A DNA stretch of 63,261 nucleotides, counting the filler, from Octopus bimaculoides (taxonomy: Eukaryota), in assembly GCF_001194135.2 (NCBI RefSeq). It is 5 parts of 4 records of this genome, joined end to end, with 100 filler letters (N's around TTAATTAATTAA, not from the genome) between each part and the next. Parts side by side here need not be neighbours in the genome. Positions count along the whole stretch, not along the records: positions 49,264 to 52,408 come from NC_068994.1; positions 52,509 to 63,261 come from NC_068981.1; 3 more parts are not named here. One strand, given 5' to 3'. The position numbers were made by a program, and so were the translations under genes. This document shows, piece after piece, positions 52,351 to 63,261 of the stretch (position 1 is its first letter; every line of letters begins with the position of its first letter). Under the pieces are notes generated by a model that was not told where the DNA came from, did no database searches, and saw nothing but the letters and a program-made list of their open reading frames with translations.

Positions 52351-53327
52351 AGTGTCACAGTTTGTTAAATAAAATTTATTTTATTTATGCAAGAAACGTA
52401 AGTAACTCNNNNNNNNNNNNNNNNNNNNNNNNNNNNNNNNNNNNNNNNNNNNTTAATTAATTAANNNNNNNNNNNNNNNNNNNNNNNNNNNNNNNNNNNN
52501 NNNNNNNNATATATAGACATATATATGAAATTATATATATATACATAATAATAAAATTTATTATAATAATAGCCATTTCTACAATGAATATATGACCTGC
52601 AATTTGGAGAAGGGGGAAAGTCGATTACATTGGTCTCAGTTTTCAACTGGTACTTATTTCATCGACACCGAGTGGATGAAATTTGAACTCAGAACATAAA
52701 AACAGACGAACTGCCGCAATGCATTTTGCTCTACGTTGTAATGATTCTGCCTCCTCGCCACCTTAATCTAACAATAATAATATTAATAAACAGCTTTCAA
52801 GTGCGAGTAAGTTGATTTGTTAACATGTACCAAGCTTTCGGTAAATGATTTTAGTCGTTTATGTCTCAGGCACCTTATCAACTCTCTTACAATTTACGGA
52901 AATTTCACATATATTACATGACAGCTTGGTTGAAAGAGGGAGTACTGCGCAATATTGAAATGGTATATATGTTCTTTTGAATAAACTGGTTAATGGGAAA
53001 GCAGTACCTTGCTCGCAAGAATATTAACGCCTTAATCACACAACCACTGCTGACCTGCAACGCTGGATAGTGCGACATACTGATGTCTAGGTGAGTATCC
53101 ATTTCATTAGCGCTATGATCTGTAAGAAATTTATGCATGTTTACCTATAAATGGACTTATGCATCTTTACCTATAAGATGGACTTCCACACAGTTTCCAT
53201 CAACGAAATGCACTCATAAGTCATATACATACATACACACACACATTCATACGTACATCCATCCATCCATCCATCCATCCATCCATCCATCCACCCATAT
53301 ATATATATACACACACAATTTTTTCCT

Positions 53328-53500
53328 CTTTTACTCTTTTACTTGTTTCAGTCATTTGACTGCGGCCTTGCTGGAGCACCGCCTTTAGTCGAGCAAATCA
53401 ATCCCAGCACTTATTCTTTGTAAGCCTAGTACTTATTCTATCGCATTTTTTTGTTGAACCGCTAAGTTACAGGGACGTAAACACACCAGCATCGGTTGTC
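53328..53500 (-). mobile_element. SINE family A, 3' half, interrupted by an N gap
   Basis: tactcttttacttgtttcagtcatttgactgcggcc... Confidence 0.8.
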
Positions 53501-54380
53501 ACACACACATACACACCCACACACACACACCCACACATANNNNNNNNNNNNNNNNNNNNNNNNNNNNNNNNNNNNNNNNNNNNNNNNNNNNNNNNNNNNN
53601 NNNNNNNNNNNNNNNNNNNNNNNNNNNNNNNNNNNNNNNNNNNNNNNNNNNNNNNNNNNNNNNNNNNNNNNNNNNNNNNNNNNNNNNNNNNNNNNNNNNN
53701 NNNNNNNNNNNNNNNNNNNNNNNNNNNNNNNNNNNNNNNNNNNNNNNNNNNNNNNNNNNNNNNNNNNNNNNNNNNNNNNNNNNNNNNNNNNNNNNNNNNN
53801 NNNNNNNNNNNNNNNNNNNNNNNNNNNNNNNNNNNNNNNNNNNNNNNNNNNNNNNNNNNNNNNNNNNNNNNNNNNNNNNNNNNNNNNNNNNNNNNNNNNN
53901 NNNNNNNNNNNNNNNNNNNNNNNNNNNNNNNNNNNNNNNNNNNNNNNNNNNNNNNNNNNNNNNNNNNNNNNNNNNNNNNNNNNNNNNNNNNNNNNNNNNN
54001 NNNNNNNNNNNNNNNNNNNNNNNNNNNNNNNNNNNNNNNNNNNNNNNNNNNNNNNNNNNNNNNNNNNNNNNNNNNNNNNNNNNNNNNNNNNNNNNNNNNN
54101 NNNNNNNNNNNNNNNNNNNNNNNNNNNNNNNNNNNNNNNNNNNNNNNNNNNNNNNNNNNNNNNNNNNNNNNNNNNNNNNNNNNNNNNNNNNNNNNNNNNN
54201 NNNNNNNNNNNNNNNNNNNNNNNNNNNNNNNNNNNNNNNNNNNNNNNNNNNNNNNNNNNNNNNNNNNNNNNNNNNNNNNNNNNNNNNNNNNNNNNNNNNN
54301 NNNNNNNNNNNNNNNNNNNNNNNNNNNNNNNNNNNNNNNNNNNNNNNNNNNNNNNNNNNNNNNNNNNNNNNNNNNNNNNN

Positions 54381-54438
<58 letters not shown>

Positions 54439-55429
54439 GTTTCATGCACTGGACTCCTTGCTAAAATCATCAAGTAAAAGTGTAAGTGCTTTCAAGAATT
54501 ATTGTTCTGAATAATTATCGTATTACGTTACGTATTATTATCTCTATTTATGCAAGGCAATATAATATCAGTTTATGAATTTCCAAACAGTTACATTCGA
54601 TACACATGGTGTCTGAATTATTCTCATAAGGAAGGTCGTATTAGATATTGACCTTGTGCTACTTACCTGAAAACTATTATGATTTCACAGAAATGTTAGA
54701 ATTACATGTCACACAATATTAATCATGAAACCCAACACTTACCTAAAATGTCTGCAAATTTGATGATGATATTCATCATTCGAATATCTACAATATAACA
54801 TAAACGAACATTTCAACACATCTACTTAAAAATCCATCGCTTTTATATGAATCTGAAATGCTTCAGATGTGTAATTATATGCCGTATCAACATTTTGGCC
54901 TTATTTAATTATAGGAAATTATTTCACTGGCATTTTCAACCTATGTTTAAAGACGATTATGTTTCTCTCAAAACATATGATTTCCTGTCTTACACAACTC
55001 TGTGTAACAGCATGTCGTCTTTATTACCAGTACATTATGAGAATAGTGCAGTGATAAGACGTTGCAGAATATGAGGTATGTATATATACATACCTCATAT
55101 TATCGATAATATGACACTCTGTCGGATACAGTAGAACCGATCACCAAAACAGACAACTTAACAGAAATTAACGTGCAAGTTGTTCAGAAATCTACGGATA
55201 CATGAACTCTAAACGTATTTCTAAAGGAGATTCAACGTGCCAGAGAATATGACTAAGAATGTGAAGTCTGAATGCAGACATCATCATAAAAACCCCCTCA
55301 TTTATCAAATGCCAGCTATGAAAGGATTAATGAAGGTATAGTAGCACCAGTTGGTGGGGCCCCAGCATAACCATAACCCTTGAGCTGCAACAAATATATT
55401 TGACCATTACACATATATTTTTTTCTCAG

Positions 55430-55575
55430 CTTGTTTCTCTCCTTATTTCTTTCTGTGTTCCTTTCTGTTGAAGAGCGTAGGCTCGAAACGTTAATGACAT
55501 TCTCTATTCCCGAGCGTTATACTAATACATCCATTTGTTGTTTACACCACCTGTCTTCGACTGTTGTCTTTTCGT
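55430..55575 (+). mobile_element. Penelope-like terminal remnant (similar motifs about 24630-24700, 30290-30340, 49270-49330)
   Basis: gaagagcgtaggctcgaaacgtta and ccgatgaaggg...cagaaacagctgt resemble PLE 'TGAAG(A/G)...CGAAAC' ends. Confidence 0.35.
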
Positions 55576-55787
55576 GAATTCTCCCATATATATATATATA
55601 TATATATATATANNNNNNNNNNNNNNNNNNNNNNNNNNNNNNNNNNNNNNNNNNNNNNNNNNNNNNNNNNNNNNNNNNNNNNNNNNNNNNNNNNNNNNNN
55701 NNNNNNNNNNNNNNNNNNNNNNNNNNNNNNNNNNNNNNNNNNNNNNNNNNNNNNNNNNNNNNNNNNNNNNNNNNNNNNNNNNNNNNN

Positions 55788-55820
<33 letters not shown>

Positions 55821-56065
55821 CACATATATATATATACATATATATATATGTATGTATGTATGTATGTATATGCATATATATGTATGTGTGTAAATATTTA
55901 TGTATATATGTATGTATTTTATTACTGAATTTTATTTCAAGTTTTCTTGCCAATAAAGACCCGGTTTCTAACCTATATCCAAAGCTCTTTGATGTATGTC
56001 TGTATGTATGTACATATGTGTGTGTGTGTGTGTGTGCACGCGCGCGTGTGAGTGTAGAATTGTAG

Positions 56066-56415
56066 AATGAATGATGAAAGATTCCCAGGCAATATTTGTA
56101 TGCTGAACGGGAAGATGGTAGGAGACCAGCACATAAATCGAAAATGAGGTTCAAGGACTGCCCCAGAATTGTTCTGACTCAGAATTTCAGTTGTTGACTG
56201 GGAGAAGGAGGCACAAGCGGATATGGATGGGCGAAGAGAGAGCACAGTGGTTGTTCGAGGTTTGAAAGAGAGAAAATGCATCACGAAAAGATTAAGAGAA
56301 GGCTTAGAAGGAATGTATCTGTGGAAAATGAGGGAGTGTTGTGATATGGGTGTGTGATTTGTGGGAGGAGGCGCTTGAGTCGTGCAGACCTGGTCATCCA
56401 TTAGGCAACTCACGG
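56066..56415 (+). mobile_element. RTE LINE 3' coding end, decayed
   Basis: RMNDERFPRQYLYAE...KMRFKD...CVICGRRRLSRADLVIH: the RTE thumb and terminal finger. Confidence 0.75.
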
Positions 56416-56952
56416 GAATCGACCCATGGTAAATTGTGATTTAGCTATTTTTCAAAACAGAACATGTGCAACTCAAAAGAGTTCATACTGTGTCACCTGT
56501 TCCTTCTGTCAGCCAGCACAGCAGTGCATTATGCAATAGAATGTGCAAATCTTTCGCCGAATTCAAGAGTTATGCAAGGGCGTCATGTTGCATCAATAAT
56601 GACTCATTTCCATAATTCTCTCTTGCAATGGCTTTTCTCGTACACGAGAAAGCAGCAAAAAGAGAGAAAATTATGTGCAGATTTGTATGTTTTTTTTTTA
56701 AATGTATGTATTCCCATGCTTGAAGTTGCATATATAGAGATGCTCATATATACTTAAATGATAAACTTCTGCAAAGTTTTACAAATTTTAATATTTCCAG
56801 TTATACCGTGGATCTGTAGTTTTCTAATCAGTTTCTCGTTTCTGGTTCTCAGAAGTATGATTCCTCAAGATTGGTACTTAGGTATATTCCAGTGCTCCCA
56901 AAATTACGGGTATAGACCTGAGCTTGTAACCTGGATAGAGTAATTAGTTTTC

Positions 56953-57170
56953 TCAATAGTTCAGCGTAAGTATTTTTTCTCTGATCTTTACCTTTATTTT
57001 AACATCCGCTGGACAGCTGATTTCCACTAGTGTATACATTTTCTCTTCCATATCCCAAATATCTATGTCAGGTCTATTATATTTACATTTTATTGAGGTT
57101 TTCACTCGAACATTCCACCAGTAATCCTTTTTGTTATGAGTGGCTATGGCTTCTACCATACTGTTATGTG
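56953..57170 (-). mobile_element. R4/Dong RLE fragment
   Basis: WWNVRVKTSIKCKYNRPDIDIWDMEEKMYTLVEISCPAD. Confidence 0.8.
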
Positions 57171-58595
57171 TGTATGAATGCATGTATGTATGTATGTATG
57201 TTTAAGTATGTATGTAAGTGTGTGCATTGCTATATTTCACTAGCTTATTCCTAATCTGGTTAAGTTAAAAACTGCATTCTGCAGTGCAGTTTTTTCTTGC
57301 AAGGCGAGTGGGTACGTAATGGCCATTTTATTTGGTCTCTAAACAAATACGTGCGTGTTTTTTTCTGCACAGGCGAGTATTGTGTGAGTGTGTTTATTAG
57401 ATTTTTTGTATGTGAGTGTGATTATGTGTGTATGAGTGAGTGATTGTGTGGTGTGTATATCTTTGTAACTGTTATTACCAAAGATAATCGCTAAGAAATT
57501 CTTATGGCATTTACTATAAAATGGGGGATAACATCCGAAATGGAATTTAGCCGATACTTGAACTCAGCCTTTCGATGAAAGGTTGCCGAAATAATGAGTT
57601 CTAGAATAAGAACAAGAGTCGATTCAATTGATTAAAATCTTTGAAATCGGTGCTTTATCTTAGATGTACAATTACTAACATAAAAATAAATAGAAGCTTA
57701 TACTACTTTGAAACTGCATATATTAAAGAATGCTCCAGGCGAAACTTACTTCCTCGATTGGTTAAGCTTCATATTGATGCTGCACCTATTTTTCTGAGAA
57801 CATGCTATTTCTTTTTAGGGTATTTTGATTCATGTTACATTGAAGTATTTGCAATCAAAGGACTTGGTGCAAACAGTTTACACAGCCTATAAAAAACAAC
57901 ATATATATGTGTGCGTGAGTGTGTTTATGGGTGTGTGTGTGTGCGTGCATCCGTGCGTGCATGTGTGTTTATCTTTGAGTGCGTGTCTGTGAGTGTTTGT
58001 GTATGTGTATGTTTGTGATAATTTCTGGTTTAACAGAAATTGTTAATAGTTATAACAGATCAAATACACAAGCACTTCCTTTAACACTTTAAAACATAAA
58101 ATATGCTTACAATGTTATTTATGTTTTCTCTTTCTTCCACCTCTTTTTTGTTTCCCCAAAAAGGATAAGACGCAAAGGATTTTCATTGTATTTTTCTGCA
58201 GGATATCTGAAGATACACCACTAATCATAAGTGAATCTATCGATTGAAACATGAAAAGAAAATTATTTGCACACGTTTTGGACGTATTCGGTATGCAGTG
58301 CGGAATAGAAGACAAGAAGCAATTTCCTTTGGGATGTTTGCCATCGATACATAAAATTATCGATATTATAAAATAATCCAAACAAACCTGTGCAGCACGA
58401 AACGCGAAAAGCATAAGTAAATTATATATGACATTATCAGTCCCATATCTTAAGCTATAAGTTCATTCATTATTCTTACTCTAATGGAATTTTCTTCACA
58501 CAAACTACAGAGAAAATCAGCGAAACGAACTTCTGAGAAAATCATATTAGGGTTGTTTTGTATATATTTCTATCTATCATTTAATGTTATCAAAC

Positions 58596-58638
<43 letters not shown>

Positions 58639-59872
58639 NNNNNNNNNNNNNNNNNNNNNNNNNNNNNNNNNNNNNNNNNNNNNNNNNNNNNNNNNNNNNN
58701 NNNNNNNNNNNNNNNNNNNNNNNNNNNNNNNNNNNNNNNNNNNNNNNNNNNNNNNNNNNNNNNNNNNNNNNNNNNNNNNNNNNNNNNNNNNNNNNNNNNN
58801 NNNNNNNNNNNNNNNNNNNNNNNNNNNNNNNNNNNNNNNNNNNNNNNNNNNNNNNNNNNNNNNNNNNNNNNNNNNNNNNNNNNNNNNNNNNNNNNNNNNN
58901 NNNNNNNNNNNNNNNNNNNNNNNNNNNNNNNNNNNNNNNNNNNNNNNNNNNNNNNNNNNNNNNNNNNNNNNNNNNNNNNNNNNNNNNNNNNNNNNNNNNN
59001 NNNNNNNNNNNNNNNNNNNNNNNNNNNNNNNNNNNNNNNNNNNNNNNNNNNNNNNNNNNNNNNNNNNNNNNNNNNNNNNNNNNNNNNNNNNNNNNNNNNN
59101 NNNNNNNNNNNNNNNNNNNNNNNNNNNNNNNNNNNNNNNNNNNNNNNNNNNNNNNNNNNNNNNNNNNNNNNNNNNNNNNNNNNNNNNNNNNNNNNNNNNN
59201 NNNNNNNNNNNNNNNNNNNNNNNNNNNNNNNNNNNNNNNNNNNNNNNNNNTATATATATATATATGCATACATATGTTCTAGATTATATTGTATTTATTA
59301 ATGCTCTAACTTTCCCTGGTATTGATTTTATATGATTCAGTAAATCTGAAATGACAAATAGAGAATTTCAGTTGAACATTATAATTACACACTTCAATAC
59401 TTTTCATTGTGTGATGAGTGGAAGGTTTCCCAATGGATGGTAATTATTATAAACAATAATAAACAATGGCAACTGCTCTTAATTTCTGCCATCTTGAAAC
59501 GAAATCAAAATAATTCAATTGTATTCCTTTAATATTCTATGGATTTATATCTGATTTTAACAGCAAATATAAAGAACTTTTTTTCTTCTTGTCAGATCCA
59601 GTATTTTACATTCGTTCATTAAATATATAATCTGTTGGAAGTCTTCTAGTGTGCAAACCTTTAAAACGTTGAAGCAATTATCTTGTAGGCGTATAGATGT
59701 AACAATTAATATATTATTAGCTATTTTACTCTTCTCAGAACGTGATGTAAAATTATGAAATGCAATATTATTATACGCTCTGAGTAGCTTTCTTTTAGTA
59801 TACGAGTTTTTTGCATGCACGTATATATATTTATGAGGTATAAGTTATGTGTATATAAAGTATATGTATGTT

Positions 59873-59912
<40 letters not shown>

Positions 59913-59926
59913 TATGTATGTATAGT

Positions 59927-59993
<67 letters not shown>

Positions 59994-62207
59994 ACATATC
60001 CACATACGTATGTAATATATATATATCTCCATTTGAAAGTGGAAATTGGCCGAAAATAGAATGCTGAAATAGTTACCATAAGAGAACCTCTCATTTACAC
60101 CTTTGGCGCTTATATGCACTCTTGCATACATCGTTAGTGGGAGATATATCAACCGCCATAGCTGCCTGCTACTCCTGTCACTCTCAATTATATATATCAA
60201 CTGGAATTTAATAATGTTACTTGGAATATAAAAGTGATTGGACAATTCATATCGTCGTAATATATGAATTTTTAGAAAAATTATACTCATTAAACTAAAG
60301 CATACGAATTTGCAATGAATAATATTTTACAACACATCATTAACTTTAGAAAAATGATAGTCTCGAAGAAATGTCTAGTTCTAGCCTTTTAATTAATGCA
60401 TTATAATTTAACTACATAGTTTAATCAGATGAAAATTTACATTTTAATTCGTATTATATTTCTCAATTTGAAGCGCAAAATAGCTTTCTTATAATAAGAA
60501 AAATACACATTACGTTTTCTAGAAAAATGTTTTCATTTTATTTTATCTGAACACCTCTATCACAGATCTGCACATAGTTTTAAAACGTAATTTGCAGAAC
60601 CTACTTAGCAACTGTATATATTCGTATGACGAAATCTCTATTAGTAGTTGTCACAAAGAACTAAGTGAATGTCCTCAAAATTCATACTATATGCAAATAA
60701 TAAATTTAATTGATATTAATTTTATAAAATAATTTCATCTGATGATAAAGAACATGTAAGAAAGGACATTTTGCTAAGAAAAGTACAGTCGCTTTTGAGT
60801 GATATATTTTTGCCTATAAATTTACGAATATTCAGTTGGATATTATATGCCAAATTCAAACTAATGTACTTTTACATTTCCATAATTTCAGTGGTTGTAC
60901 TCCCAAGAGAAATAATTGAACATTTATTCTATATTCCTTCTTATGCATCACACTAATATAACATAGCTATGTGAACTTATTATTCGCCAGCATATCTATC
61001 ACTACTAAATAACACTTCACCAAAAGTATCAGTTGTACAGAAGAGACAAATACATCAATACAGTGAATGAAGTAAAATTGCCTGAACTCTCTTGGAAAAG
61101 TTACTTTGTTTATCAGAAATAATTGTTTGGATTTGAAAAACAGGTGGAGTTCGACAGGACTGAAAGAAGAATTCTTAAACTATATAAAGTTAGGCATGTA
61201 GTATCGATCAAAGCATTGTTCAAAGAAATCTTATCTACATGTAATAGCGTTGAACAATATAAATGCAGTATTATTGATTATTACTAACATCGAGGGAATT
61301 TGATCTTCTATAATCTTAAATCATGGCTGGCAGTCTTTTCAAATTAACCTACGGCAGTTTATATCTAAATTCTTCACCAAGGTATTGAAATTCCCAAATG
61401 AAAGAAAGCATGAAACGAAACCATTTACAATTGTGTTTCAGTATTGCTAGCTCTAATATGAGTACAATAATTTCAAGCGTGCAATTGGTTTCAAATTTAG
61501 TATTTATCGCATGCTCTTCTCTGTTATATATGGTTCATACACGTCAGAAAATATTTATGATTGGTACTGTATGTAGGTGTGGTATAGACATGAAATATTT
61601 TAAAGAGAAATATAAGGATGAGCTCCAATTGCAACTATTCAGGTACAACATATTCAGAGAATCGTGAAGAAGGAAAAGTAGTGAAGCAATGCAGTGAAAG
61701 GTTTGAACATCCTTTGCTGATAATTCATTTCTCTTTCGCATATATATGTATGTGAAATAATACATAATCAAATACGATGTTGAAGTGGCTTCTAATCGTT
61801 TAAGAGAGACATTGTTCATGTTTGAAAGTTAGCATAAAAGCGACGGTAACATTTTACATTCGCATGCCAAATGTAGAGTACAATGCATTTTTTAATATAT
61901 AAACACTTTCACTCACTCACCGTAGACATATATACGCGCGCATCCTCAGATTTATATACATACATAATACATACCGACATATCTCTCTCTATATATACAT
62001 GCGTGTGTGTGTGTATGTGTGTGTCTGTGTGCATGCGTCTGTGTGTGTGTGCGTGTGTGAGCGTGCGTATATATATATATATATATATATATAAGTGCAT
62101 ATATATATGGAGAGAGAGAAAGGGAGACAAAGAGACATATAGATGAATAAATATAGTGATATAAATAGACATTACATATACATATAAATATATAAGTATC
62201 TCTTTCT

Positions 62208-62244
<37 letters not shown>

Positions 62245-62254
62245 NNNNNNNNNN

Positions 62255-62295
<41 letters not shown>

Positions 62296-63261
62296 AATCA
62301 TAGTACATTCTTTTATATAGACGCTTTTATGCATCTGAAGATATGGTATACAGTAATTAAAATATTACATGGTATAAAATTGAATAGGAAATATAGAGCT
62401 CGGAGTAACCGTCTGCATATGTATGTTCTCTTCTATTTTTAATTAATTGAACTCTTCTTTCTTTCGCATTCAGATTTCTTTGCCACATGTATTGTTTCTT
62501 TATTCACATTGTTTTGAATTACATATCATCTTATGGCTTCAAGATTTTAATGCTATATTTGTATATATTTAAAATTACATTGTAGTGTAGGTCTAAGAGT
62601 TTGGATCTAGTTAGTTTTAAAATAAAACAGATAGAATATTTAAGCCGAATATGACCTCATTATATGTTAAAGTGTTAAAGCAGTAGCTGCTTACTAACAA
62701 AGATAAAAATGCCCATCGTTGGAATGAAGCAAATTCACATTTCAAAGTTTAGAAATGCCTTTGATATGTTACAGATTGTCTATGTAATGTGCGCCTTAGC
62801 TGGTTGATTTCTTTTTCTGAAGACTTCAGCTTATCCAGATTGTTCCCCAAGCATTTATATCGTGGATATTTATACGTTACAATGACGCACATGAGTGCAT
62901 AGATACAGTATAAAGCTGAAGTTACATTTCACATAAATAAACTAATTTCTTACAATTATTTAAAATAAATAAAATTAGCTCTCTAAAAGTTGGTGAGCAT
63001 TAATTTAATTATATCTATTATTTTGGTGTAAAAATACGCCGCATATATAATGAAAATATAACGAAAATACTTCCATTTGAAAGATATGTCACTTGTGTCG
63101 TGAAAGTAGGAAATAGCTAAAATTACGTCTAGAGATATTTTTTTTTCCTTATCTTCTAAGTATGTCTTATTACGAACGTTCGTCAATGAACATACTTTGT
63201 CGAACGCATTTAAAATTACTGTGGCATATCTCCTATGGTTGCATATATATATATATATATA

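Noticed and set aside
40342-59335. Long ORFs in the track (40342-41276, 48309-48804, 53462-54473, 55517-56154, 58484-59335)
   Set aside because: Their length comes from N runs and microsatellites; no recognisable protein.
58115-61819. Short AT-rich ORFs at 58115-58414, 59721-60290 and 61398-61667
   Set aside because: No recognisable homology or consistent exon chain.

Overview
AT-rich, microsatellite- and retroposon-dense animal genomic DNA with 13 N-gaps. The SINE/LINE content resembles a coleoid cephalopod, probably Octopus (inference). All recognisable genes are spliced and on the minus strand, so the ORF track largely misses them. (1) Ferritin copy A: promoter (CCAAT, E-box, TATA), a canonical iron-responsive element (IRE) at 3988-4015 and coding exon 1 (3590-3694); the gene runs off the left edge. 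(2) Ferritin copy B: the last two coding exons (14719-14844, 13489-13626), lying upstream of A on the same ungapped contig; its exons 1-2 are not visible. (3) Three in-frame exons (21454-21618, 19412-19626, 17870-18074) encoding a thrombospondin-type N-terminal LamG/TSPN domain; no downstream thrombospondin exons were found. The ferritin pair therefore seems to sit inside a same-strand thrombospondin intron, unless the gene is truncated or the 100-bp scaffold spacer at 16361-16460 is a misjoin. The rest is tRNA-derived SINEs, decayed R4/Dong, RTE, CR1-like and L1/Tx1-like LINE pieces, MITEs, a Helitron, fold-back elements and simple repeats. Best leads: the ferritin/thrombospondin nesting, a 26-bp hairpin in the putative ferritin B 3' UTR, and an in-phase LINE-derived C2H2 finger 151 nt after the last thrombospondin exon.
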